A DNA stretch of 51,882 nt. Source: a virus (taxonomy: Duplodnaviria; Heunggongvirae; Uroviricota; Caudoviricetes). The first letter of the stretch is position 1, and each line of letters begins with the position of its first letter. Of the stretch, positions 38,284 to 47,039 are shown in pieces. The position numbers and the translations under genes are program-made. The stretch covers positions 64,001 through 115,882 of IMG/VR virus record IMGVR_UViG_3300047393_000041; one strand, written 5' to 3'. Under the pieces are notes generated by a model. It searched no databases and had not been told where the DNA came from. It saw only the letters and a program-made list of their open reading frames with translations.

Positions 38284-39012
38284 TTAGTTTGTTGGTTTAG
38301 AATTTGGAGATTGACCATCTATTCCTTCTTGACTAATGTCTGATTTAATATTGAAATAAGTTTGAAGAAGTTTTTTTGAAGTTAACTCCAACACTTGTTG
38401 TTCTAAATATCCAGGAAGAGGGAACTCTTTATCCAAAGGATTCATACATAATTGTTCATTTGTATAATCTGGAGACCCACATCCACATTCGGGATACATG
38501 ATATTATTATCAACATCTTCTTCAAAGAATGCTACAAATCTAATTGCTCTAAGCATTGGATTATTCACATATAAATATCCATTAGATATCCAGAAGTATT
38601 CTTCATTCTTAATTACAGGAAGTTTTAATAAGTTTAAATATCTATTAATAGAAATTTCTTTTAACTTCTTTCCTTTGCCACTCATAGCATTGATAGAATA
38701 AACTCCTTGTATAACATACTGATAGTTTCCTTCTGATATACGTGGAAGTTTAAACTTAGTTCTTGATATTGTACATTCATCAACATAATCACAACATTCA
38801 GAAATAGATACTTCACACATCTCAAGACATGGGATTGTTGTAAATAATGTATCAGTTGCCCAAAGTTTTCTAAGATTTGTTTCTCTCTTAATTAATAACA
38901 AAGAGTTGTTTCTTATCTCAGAAGCAATTGCTCTATCTGTGATAAGACTATCTGTAGAAAGTATCTTGTGGACACTTCTAACATCTGATACTAATTTTCT
39001 TAATGTTGCCAT
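38284..39012 (-). CDS. Tail ring protein
   Basis: 242 aa; N-terminal helix pair (LVSDVR...ITDRAIASEIRN..LLIKRE) and C-terminal FPLPGYLEQQVLEL typical of crAss-like ring proteins. Confidence 0.6.
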   Translation of the reverse strand: MATLRKLVSDVRSVHKILSTDSLITDRAIASEIRNNSLLLIKRETNLRKLWATDTLFTTIPCLEMCEVSISECCDYVDECTISRTKFKLPRISEGNYQYVIQGVYSINAMSGKGKKLKEISINRYLNLLKLPVIKNEEYFWISNGYLYVNNPMLRAIRFVAFFEEDVDNNIMYPECGCGSPDYTNEQLCMNPLDKEFPLPGYLEQQVLELTSKKLLQTYFNIKSDISQEGIDGQSPNSKPTN

Positions 39013-39015
39013 AAT

Positions 39016-40239
39016 TTATATTCGTTGTTCAAATTCTGCAATCTTGCCTAGTACAGGATCATATACAAGAGCTAATGCAGCTCTAACTGAATGGACAAAA
39101 TTATTATCTAAGTGCCATCTATCAGTTCCTGATAAGCTAGGCATTTGTTGTATTCTTACTCCTTTAATTTCTTTAGCCATGTAGTGATGTTTATCACCTG
39201 TGTGGATTTCTCTATATTTAGCATTACCAAAGAAATGACTATATTCTGGATGTGTTGCAAACAATAATGGAAGATCATCTATTTTACAATTTCCATGGTG
39301 CCATCCAATAAATGTATTACCTAACACCTTTGCTTTAATTACACTATGTTCTCTTATAAACTCTACATCATAATCATCTTTGAAATATACATCTAATGCA
39401 TGTGCTAGATAAAAAGATTTAGTTCTGTCATGATTACCTTGTACAAGTACAACTGTAACATCATTACAATGTTGTCTTAGCATATTAATTGTATCTACTA
39501 AAACTGAGAATCCTAATTCATATTCAGAATGATAATCAAGAATTGTATCTTGTGGAGTACCTTGTGTAGTTTGGTTTTGGTAGTTATCAGTATGAAAGAA
39601 ATCATTTGATATTGGTAGTACAATTGTATTTATATGGTAATTAGCTTTAACTTTTTGAACTAACGATTGAGCTATGTTAAAATATCTTCTAGCTCTGTCT
39701 GCTGGATCATTATCACCATCTACACATTTTTTAGCTAAATGATAATCAGCTATTGATATTTCTATATCTACATGATCTTTATCAGTAAAACCATATTCTT
39801 TATTTATAGAAATATTAGTTGGTTTGTAGTTTTCTAAAAACTTAGCAAAGTCTTCAGGAGAGTAATCTTTTGCTTCTTTTCTTTTTGAAAAAACTGAGGA
39901 AGTAAAACTTCCACTTGGTAACATCTTAGACCAGTAGTTTGTTATAACATACTTATCTAAATTTATCTTATGTAATTTAGCTAACTCAATATCATCTTTA
40001 GGTTCAAATGCACTAGTAACAGTGCTTTCTATTGTTCCTTTCTCAACATTTACTTTTCTAATTTCTCCTGTAGAAACATTAAGTTCCATAGGAACTTCTG
40101 TATCTTTTTCTCTTAATTCTTTTAAAAGTTCATTCACTTCAAACTCACTTATTCCTAGTTTTTCAGCATAGAATTTTTTACTTTTCTTCTGACGTAATAA
40201 CTCTTCTAACTTGAATAATAAATCTTGATTTTCAGACAT
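39016..40239 (-). CDS. Calcineurin-like metallophosphoesterase with N-terminal HTH
   Basis: Metal motifs ADYH, NDFFH, GNHD, WHHG, HTGDKHH; N-terminal YAEKLGISEFEVNELL HTH-like segment. Confidence 0.85.
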   Translation of the reverse strand: MSENQDLLFKLEELLRQKKSKKFYAEKLGISEFEVNELLKELREKDTEVPMELNVSTGEIRKVNVEKGTIESTVTSAFEPKDDIELAKLHKINLDKYVITNYWSKMLPSGSFTSSVFSKRKEAKDYSPEDFAKFLENYKPTNISINKEYGFTDKDHVDIEISIADYHLAKKCVDGDNDPADRARRYFNIAQSLVQKVKANYHINTIVLPISNDFFHTDNYQNQTTQGTPQDTILDYHSEYELGFSVLVDTINMLRQHCNDVTVVLVQGNHDRTKSFYLAHALDVYFKDDYDVEFIREHSVIKAKVLGNTFIGWHHGNCKIDDLPLLFATHPEYSHFFGNAKYREIHTGDKHHYMAKEIKGVRIQQMPSLSGTDRWHLDNNFVHSVRAALALVYDPVLGKIAEFEQRI

Positions 40240-40266
40240 ATATAGTTTAGTTTAATTAAATTAGGG

Positions 40267-40298
40267 TAAAGATAAATATAGTTTTTATACTATCCAAA
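40267..40298 (-). promoter_or_regulatory. Bacteroidota sigma70-type promoter TTTG-N20-TATCTTTA
   Basis: 20-nt spacer; 27 nt upstream of the 40239 start. Confidence 0.7.
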
Positions 40299-40323
40299 TA
40301 AAATTAATTAAATAGGTTATTCT

Positions 40324-40344
40324 TTATAATCAAAATAGTTATAA
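40324..40344. promoter_or_regulatory. 21-bp dyad motif, copy 3
   Basis: ttataatcaaaatagttataa, again starting 50 nt from the -7 box. Confidence 0.6.
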
Positions 40345-40374
40345 AACAAAAACTCCCCTAGTAAACTAGAGGAG
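40343..40374 (-). terminator. Intrinsic terminator after the fibre cluster
   Basis: - strand CTCCTCTAG-TTTA-CTAGGGGAG followed by TTTTTGTTTT. Confidence 0.8.
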
Positions 40375-40419
40375 TAAAGTTCTCGGAAAACCAACAAACC
40401 TTGAACTTTTTTTATATTG

Positions 40420-41061
40420 TTATGGAATATATGTTATATCTAATCCACCAGATCCACCACCACCATCAGCACCTGGAGCTGCTGGTACTGTACTAGAAGC
40501 TCTCACTCTAATTTGATAAGTATATGTTCCTGCAGTTAAACTCATTGTATTCGTTGAGTATTGAGTTCCTGTAGATGATGATTTACTTGCAATAAAGTTA
40601 GTACCATTTATTGATATAGTAGTTTCAAGGGTAGTCCCATGATAAGTGGTTATCGTAGCATAAGCTTTTACTAAATAAGATCCAGTACCTGTAACAAGAA
40701 TAGTTCCTCCAGTACAGATTTTATCATCTATCATAGGGTCAGGTGTATTGGAATAACTAGAATATGCTCCTACTGAAAATCCGCATACCGTAGATGTAAT
40801 TGCATTCACTACAGTAGTAGTTGTAGTAGTTGTTGGTGTTACACCACCTAATGTTATATCAATATAATTTACACAGGCCCCTGTTGATTTAACTCTAATT
40901 ATTGTTGCACCATCAGGTACTACTGTAGAAGTGTAACCTGCAACTAATGCTGCCTTACTGACTCCTGTAGCAAATGCTGCTGAATATGAATCAATATTAG
41001 TGTAAAGATTGAATGGTCCAGAATCTGCACCTGCTGTTGTCAATGTTATTAATGCTGTCAT
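40420..41061 (-). CDS. Modular virion decoration/fibre protein (module A + poly-Thr + beta domain)
   Basis: 213 aa; GPFNLY...VPDGATIIRVKSTGACVNYIDI, then T7, then an Ig-like-looking head. Confidence 0.6.
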   Translation of the reverse strand: MTALITLTTAGADSGPFNLYTNIDSYSAAFATGVSKAALVAGYTSTVVPDGATIIRVKSTGACVNYIDITLGGVTPTTTTTTTVVNAITSTVCGFSVGAYSSYSNTPDPMIDDKICTGGTILVTGTGSYLVKAYATITTYHGTTLETTISINGTNFIASKSSSTGTQYSTNTMSLTAGTYTYQIRVRASSTVPAAPGADGGGGSGGLDITYIP

Positions 41062-41098
41062 TTTGTTTTTATTTTAAGTTGTTGTGTTATAATTTAAA

Positions 41099-41851
41099 TT
41101 AACATCCACTGCCTACAGTTACTATATTTGCAATTACGCCATCAGTTAATTCATATATTTGAATACCTGATCTTACTGCATCATAACTAATTGGTGTGAT
41201 GAGAGCTGGAGTTGTATAAAGTGTTACACCAAGTCCTAATGTAGGAGAATTTGAATATGCAGTAATTACTCCTGATGGAGTCCATGTTATTGCACCATTA
41301 CATCCAACTGTTCCTGCTGTTAGATTAAATGTATAATATGTAATTGGTGCAGGTGTAGTTCTAGTAGTAGTAGTTGTTGGTGTTACAGTTGTTATTGTTG
41401 TTGTAGTTGTTGGTGTTGAAGTAGTCGTCGTTGTGGTTGTTATTTCTTCTGCACTCCCTTGAATTGCACAATCTAAAACTATAACAGTAGTAGTTGTGGT
41501 TGTTGTTGGTATTACAGTTGTTGTTGTTGTTGTTGTTATTTCATCTGCGATTCCTTCAATTGTACAATCTAAAGCTACAGTAGTAGTAGTAGTTGTAGTT
41601 ACTTCATATGCATTTCCGTCAAGTTCACACAATGCAAGATATATATCAGTATAGTTTGAGCAAATCTCGTTTACAGATTGAATCCTAACAATTGTTGTAC
41701 CGTTAGGAATTTGATCTGTTGGATATCCAGTAGTCAATATTAATTTACTAATGTTAGTTGCAAATGGTACTGAATAACCTGTTACATCTGAATATAAATT
41801 AAAAGGACCTGTGTCTACTCCTGCTACTGTTAATAATATTATTCCTGTCAT
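41099..41851 (-). CDS. Modular decoration protein (module A + CxphixG/poly-Thr repeats + module D)
   Basis: 250 aa with multiple T5-T7 tracts and three CxphixG motifs. Confidence 0.6.
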   Translation of the reverse strand: MTGIILLTVAGVDTGPFNLYSDVTGYSVPFATNISKLILTTGYPTDQIPNGTTIVRIQSVNEICSNYTDIYLALCELDGNAYEVTTTTTTTVALDCTIEGIADEITTTTTTTVIPTTTTTTTVIVLDCAIQGSAEEITTTTTTTSTPTTTTTITTVTPTTTTTRTTPAPITYYTFNLTAGTVGCNGAITWTPSGVITAYSNSPTLGLGVTLYTTPALITPISYDAVRSGIQIYELTDGVIANIVTVGSGC

Positions 41852-41870
41852 TATTTTAAAATTTTACATG

Positions 41871-43037
41871 TTAAATATAAGAACACGATCCACCTATCTT
41901 TGTGGTAATACCTAATGTATTTCCATTTAAATTCCAGCAAGATGCAATAGATCTAACTGAATTTACAGTAGCAGCTACAGTAAGTTCTTTGTTTTGCCAT
42001 AATGATATACCAGGAATTAATGTTTTTGAACTTGAATATAACACTATTGTACCAGAAGCATTAAACACTACAGAATTAGAATTACAACTAATTGTACCAT
42101 ATGTTAAACTATGACTAAACCATACTACAGGTTTTAAAACTACTGATGCTTTTCCAGCTAATGTACAAATTTTTGCTTTAGTTGTAGTGGTAGTTGTTAA
42201 TTTTTTGGTAGTAGTTGTTGTTGTGGTTAATTTCTTAGTGGTAGTCGTAGTTGTTGTTAACTTTTTAGTAGTGGTGGTAGTAGTAGTTAACTTTTTAGTA
42301 GTGGTGGTAGTGGTTAATAGTTTTTTAGTTGTTGTACTTGTAGTAGATGCTGGATAAACAACTGTCATATTTCCAGCAAATGTACAAGCAGGATCTATAA
42401 TAGGATCAACTAAAACTCTAACTGAGTAACCATATTGACCAGCCTTTAGAGGTAAATAAGTTCTCCAAACCCAATCATTATTTGCCTCGATGTGAAAAGT
42501 TTCTATACCCTCAGCAGTTACTGTAGAACTCCACAACATTAATTCTTTACCAAGATCTGTAAATTGTGGACCACTAAGGTATGAAATTATAGCTCCAGCT
42601 GGAAGAGCTGTAAATCCACTACTGTTAGTAGCAGTGTTATTTGGAGCATCCCAATGAGCAATTCCTGTCTCTCTAAGTTTATCACCTAAATTTCCAGTTT
42701 CATTAGTTACATACTCGAGTAACTTAAAAAATTCATCACTCGATGGGATATGATATCCAACTGGTGCAAGTTTTTTACGTAATTTTGTATCTGTTTTTGA
42801 TGCTTCATTCCATATTCCTGCAACTGCATACCAGTTGTATAATTTACCATAAATTGCTCCATTTGCTGGATCATTTTTATAATAACACCAAGCTCCAGTT
42901 GTTAAATTTTTCCAATATGTTGGATTTGTTACTTGAGGAATTATTGTACCATCAGTATATTTAGACACATCTAAATTTTTAGCTGACCATTGTTGTGTAC
43001 CTATCTGTACTGTGGGTAATAATAATGCTGTTGCCAT
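41871..43037 (-). CDS. Fibrobacter succinogenes major paralogous (FISUMP) domain protein with Thr-rich stalk
   Basis: QIGTQQWSAKNLDV...AWCYY.NDPANGAIYGKLYNWYAV...LAPVGYHIPS...GFTALPAG is the Fib_succ_major signature. Confidence 0.85.
   Translation of the reverse strand: MATALLLPTVQIGTQQWSAKNLDVSKYTDGTIIPQVTNPTYWKNLTTGAWCYYKNDPANGAIYGKLYNWYAVAGIWNEASKTDTKLRKKLAPVGYHIPSSDEFFKLLEYVTNETGNLGDKLRETGIAHWDAPNNTATNSSGFTALPAGAIISYLSGPQFTDLGKELMLWSSTVTAEGIETFHIEANNDWVWRTYLPLKAGQYGYSVRVLVDPIIDPACTFAGNMTVVYPASTTSTTTKKLLTTTTTTKKLTTTTTTTKKLTTTTTTTKKLTTTTTTTKKLTTTTTTKAKICTLAGKASVVLKPVVWFSHSLTYGTISCNSNSVVFNASGTIVLYSSSKTLIPGISLWQNKELTVAATVNSVRSIASCWNLNGNTLGITTKIGGSCSYI
42181..42340 (-). repeat. 30-nt degenerate tandem repeat encoding (KKLTTTTTTT)n, ~5 units
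   Basis: ttaa-y-ttt-y-tt recurs at 42197, 42227, 42257 and 42287; third codon positions vary. Confidence 0.9.
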
Positions 43038-43096
43038 TTATTAATTTTTATTATTATAATTATGTAAACTTTTAATCTTAACTTTATTATTGCTAT

Positions 43097-44194
43097 TTAA
43101 CATGATCTCATAATTTGCCATCCAGCCAAACCTCCAAAACCAGTTATTCTAACTGTTATATTAGGATTTACTGCATAATCATCACTAGTATATTTCCACC
43201 ACATTAATTGTTGAAAGTTAATCTTAAATCCACTGTATGCACCTATACCATCAATATTTTTTGCTAACAATAATGGAGATCCAGTTTCTGCAGTATATTC
43301 AGTTTGACGTGAGTATATTGGTAAACTATTAAAATCTCCTGACAATGAATATGCTCCAGTAAAACCATTCCATATATAGTGAGGATATGTTGACAAACCA
43401 TATTGTATATTATTACTAATATTATTAATATCATTATAACTAAAATATCCATCACTATAATAACGACAACTTAAATCGCCTGAATTATCAAATGGGCCTG
43501 AGTTAAAAACTGTAAAAATTGGATCTTGCTGACGAAGACTAAGATTTGGATTAAATATATTGTCGTTCCCATAAAAACTTCCTGATGTTGCTTTTTTGAT
43601 ACCATCATGAAGTATTTCAAATTTAATTGGAGCAGCATCTTGACGTAAGTTAAGTGTAACTACTCCTCCTTCAGGAGATAACTCAATAGTATATTCACGT
43701 TTTCCTGCTCCTTGTTTTAATATATAACAATCTAATGGTTGAAGATTTGTTGATATTGGTCCACTAGTTGTAGTTGTAGTTGTTGTATTAGGACATGTGC
43801 CTTGTATAACAAATGGTCCACATCCACTCCACGTATCACTTCTTGCACATTTAATATTAAAATATTGACCAGCACTTACAAAAGTAGACAGTATTTCATC
43901 ATTGCAACCAATCCAACGTATATCACAATCAGTTGCAGCTGGTCCATATCTAACATCATGACATGTAAGTTTAATAATTGGTGCAGGAATATTTATAATA
44001 CTATTACAGTCTCCTATAGAAATAATTTTAATATTATTTACTGTACTTGGAAGTGCTGTTGTAAGATAACCTATAATTAATTGATCTTTAGTCACTCCTG
44101 ATGCAAAAGGAATTGTGTAGTTATCAGCATCTGAATATAAATCAAATGGGCCTGTATTAGCTCCTGCTGATGTTAATTTAATAATTGATGTCAT
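43097..44194 (-). CDS. Modular decoration protein (module A + module C + poly-Thr + unique head)
   Basis: 365 aa; GANTGPFDLYSD...SIGDCNSIINI, then CDIRWIGC...CARS...GTC, T7, and a ~220-aa head. Confidence 0.6.
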   Translation of the reverse strand: MTSIIKLTSAGANTGPFDLYSDADNYTIPFASGVTKDQLIIGYLTTALPSTVNNIKIISIGDCNSIINIPAPIIKLTCHDVRYGPAATDCDIRWIGCNDEILSTFVSAGQYFNIKCARSDTWSGCGPFVIQGTCPNTTTTTTTSGPISTNLQPLDCYILKQGAGKREYTIELSPEGGVVTLNLRQDAAPIKFEILHDGIKKATSGSFYGNDNIFNPNLSLRQQDPIFTVFNSGPFDNSGDLSCRYYSDGYFSYNDINNISNNIQYGLSTYPHYIWNGFTGAYSLSGDFNSLPIYSRQTEYTAETGSPLLLAKNIDGIGAYSGFKINFQQLMWWKYTSDDYAVNPNITVRITGFGGLAGWQIMRSC

Positions 44195-44230
44195 TTTGTT
44201 TTTATTTTAATTTAATTAGAAGTTCTTTTT

Positions 44231-44398
44231 TTATAACTCTATCTTGTCATAAAAAACCTTTGTTTCAAAATCATAGTAAGGATTTTCAAAGTTATCCACT
44301 AACAATTCTTCAACTAACATTTCATTGTCTAGCAAATAAATTTCTATTGCTGTAGCGTATAATAATTTACCTGTATTCTTATCTATTACTGTTTTCAT
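44231..44398 (-). CDS. 55-aa acidic protein after a fibre gene (chaperone-like)
   Basis: Manual translation MKTVIDKNTGKLLYATAIEIYLLDNEMLVEELLVDNFENPYYDFETKVFYDKIEL; starts 4 nt after the stop of 44403..46238. Confidence 0.7.
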   Translation of the reverse strand: MKTVIDKNTGKLLYATAIEIYLLDNEMLVEELLVDNFENPYYDFETKVFYDKIEL

Positions 44399-44402
44399 AT
44401 TT

Positions 44403-46238
44403 TTAATTTGATATATTTATACCGTAATTCTTCCATCCATCACTCATAGAATTCATCTGCATAGCTACAAGTATCCAGGTCCCTGAAGTTGTAGAAAAAC
44501 TAGCTGTAGAAGGTATAAATGTTGTTGTAACAACATCTTCTCCTGTTAGGCTAGAAACTGTAGACATATAGAAACCTCTAATCAATCCAGCTCTAATAAG
44601 AAACTCTCTAGTAAAGGTTCCTTCTATAAAGTTAGAGTCAAGATCATACTTTCCAATCTGAGTAGCTCCTGACAAGGAGTTGATTGAGTTTGTATATACA
44701 CCTATAGTTCCAGTTGAATTTGCATTAATTTTTCCAAAACGAGTCTTTAATTTTAAGTAATCTCCATCTGTAAAGAAATTTGGGTCAATATATACACTAG
44801 CTGCCAAAGTTAGAGATGTACTACCACCACTTTCATTATATGTAGTTGTTCTTGCTGCTGTCTTATTATATATGGTACTGTCTACACTTCCATCTGCTTT
44901 TAAGAATTGTGAAACTAACCCTCCTGATTTCTTAAATGATGTGCCTAAAATTGAACCGTTTACTTGCAATTTGTCTACTCCATTATTAACTGTACCACCT
45001 AATAATAAGTTTCCATAAATAGCGGTATGAGTAATTGAGCTATTTCCTAACACTGTTGTATTACTTCCTAATCCTGTAGAATCATAACCGATTACTATTT
45101 GATTTGATTGTGTATCTGCAAGTGGAGATGTTCTAAACCCTATCATTACACTATTATATAAACTAGTGGCAATAGTTGATTTATTTGCTAACCATCTTCC
45201 TGAACTTTGTCCAAGTGCAACATTGCTTTGTCCAAGTACATTATTTCCTAATGCTGCTGCTCCAACTCCTGTATTTTGAATTCCAGTTGTATTAGCACTC
45301 AGTGATTGATTTCCAACTGCAGTATTCTGCCATCCAGTTGTATTATAAAACATTGATTGATGTCCAATTGCTACATTAGAATATCCACCTGTATTATAAT
45401 ATAATGAAGTATATCCTACTGCTAAATTAGAATATCCTATTGTATTATAGTATAATGTATATTCTCCAAGTGCAACATTGTAATATCCAGTAGTAGTATT
45501 AACTAATGATCTATATCCTATTGCAAAGTTATCACGTCCTGTTGTATTTCTACTCCCAGACGTAACTCCATTAAAATAATTACCAATAATATTAGAAATT
45601 CTAATTTCATTATTAACCTCTCCTGAACTATTTAAGAAAGTAGTTGTAGCAATTGAAGTTCCAATAGTTTTGATACTTAAAACTACTGTTCCATTAAAAT
45701 CAGTTGTAGGCACTATACTCAAACTAGTCACATCAGTTGCTCTTGGACCTGTAGCTCCTGTAGCAGTTACTCCACTTTTCACAGTACCTCCATAATTGAT
45801 AGTAATGCTTCCTGCTGTTCTTCCAGTAATTGTATAGGTAATCTGATAATATGTATCAATAACTGCTGCTAATGTAGAAATTAAAGGTCCTACACTTCCT
45901 GCTATGTGTGTGTAACCTGTTGCAAAATTAGTACCTGTCCAGTTAGTACCTGTAGCAGTTGTTGTAAGTTCTTCACCTAATGGTGCTGTATCACTTTCTA
46001 CTGTTCCTTTAAAAGATTTTAATCCTGTAATAGTTTGAACACCTGCGATATAAACAATCGAAGGATCTGATGTGCATAATTTTGTTTCTATTTTTTGTAA
46101 AGCTACTGAAAGAGTATCTTTATTTTGGATTCCTGTACATGTTAAATTTGGTCCAGCATAGCAAACAGAAGTTGAAGGTGTACATGGTTGACAATCTTCA
46201 CACCCACAGTTATTATCAATAGTTAAATATGGCCACAT
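44403..46238 (-). CDS. Tail fibre/adhesin with Cys-rich N-terminus and YadA-head-like repeats
   Basis: 611 aa; ~14-aa repeats (N[VT]A[LVI]G..SL..NTTG); fibre-like QFLKADGSVDS motif. Confidence 0.75.
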   Translation of the reverse strand: MWPYLTIDNNCGCEDCQPCTPSTSVCYAGPNLTCTGIQNKDTLSVALQKIETKLCTSDPSIVYIAGVQTITGLKSFKGTVESDTAPLGEELTTTATGTNWTGTNFATGYTHIAGSVGPLISTLAAVIDTYYQITYTITGRTAGSITINYGGTVKSGVTATGATGPRATDVTSLSIVPTTDFNGTVVLSIKTIGTSIATTTFLNSSGEVNNEIRISNIIGNYFNGVTSGSRNTTGRDNFAIGYRSLVNTTTGYYNVALGEYTLYYNTIGYSNLAVGYTSLYYNTGGYSNVAIGHQSMFYNTTGWQNTAVGNQSLSANTTGIQNTGVGAAALGNNVLGQSNVALGQSSGRWLANKSTIATSLYNSVMIGFRTSPLADTQSNQIVIGYDSTGLGSNTTVLGNSSITHTAIYGNLLLGGTVNNGVDKLQVNGSILGTSFKKSGGLVSQFLKADGSVDSTIYNKTAARTTTYNESGGSTSLTLAASVYIDPNFFTDGDYLKLKTRFGKINANSTGTIGVYTNSINSLSGATQIGKYDLDSNFIEGTFTREFLIRAGLIRGFYMSTVSSLTGEDVVTTTFIPSTASFSTTSGTWILVAMQMNSMSDGWKNYGINISN

Positions 46239-46286
46239 AGATTTGAAGTGTATAAATTATATAATAAATTTTAAATATAAGTTGTA

Positions 46287-47027
46287 TTAAGGTCTATATT
46301 GAATATAATAATAACCTGAACCTACTGGAGGTGTAAGAACTGGTGTTCCAGCTACTCCATTACAAACATATATTTTTTGCCATGTTCCATATCCTGCACC
46401 ATCAATATCAAATTTACCAGTTAATGAACCATAATAATTTTCTACAACATAAGGAACCATTCTATTATAATAGTTTGTAGTTATTCCAGATGTAGCAGAT
46501 AAATATGTATTGATTAAACTATCAAGTTCATCATATCTTACATAGTTTGTATCAAGATATAAAGCTAATGCACATAATGTATCTATTGTAGCTTGAAGCA
46601 TAGCATGTGTTCCTGAAGAAGGTGTTATAGAAGGTGTTGCATCTGTAAGACATTTTACATCATAATCAGCTTCAATTACATCTAGCTTACCATCAATCAC
46701 TACTATATCGGCAACAATACTATCTATTTGTAACTGAAGGCTACAAGCAGCTTGTATAAGAGCTTTTGATATATCTACAATAGTTATATCTCCAGAGATA
46801 GGAAGAAATGAACTCACAAGAGTACATATAGTTATACCAGTAAGATCTATCTTTATACCTGTTCCATTTAATGCAGATACAAGATATGTAGTTATAGCTT
46901 GTTCTACATGTGATAAAGAATCACCTGTTTGAATTCCTAAAGTAGGAATATCTATTCCTGTATATTTAACACATTGATCACTTGTAGTTTCAATGCATCC
47001 ATTATAACAATTTTGGCAATTAGACAT
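46287..47027 (-). CDS. Cys-rich short fibre protein, tail-collar-like C-terminus
   Basis: 246 aa; CQNCYNGC..SDQCVKYTG..LGIQTGDSL; coiled coil; WQKIYVCNG..GTP. Confidence 0.5.
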   Translation of the reverse strand: MSNCQNCYNGCIETTSDQCVKYTGIDIPTLGIQTGDSLSHVEQAITTYLVSALNGTGIKIDLTGITICTLVSSFLPISGDITIVDISKALIQAACSLQLQIDSIVADIVVIDGKLDVIEADYDVKCLTDATPSITPSSGTHAMLQATIDTLCALALYLDTNYVRYDELDSLINTYLSATSGITTNYYNRMVPYVVENYYGSLTGKFDIDGAGYGTWQKIYVCNGVAGTPVLTPPVGSGYYYIQYRP

Positions 47028-47039
47028 ATTATATTTATT

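Noticed and set aside
41340-42340. Thr-codon repeats as a CRISPR array or DGR template/variable repeats
   Set aside because: In-frame coding, degenerate at third positions, no unique spacers, no A-specific mismatch pattern, and no reverse transcriptase in the window.
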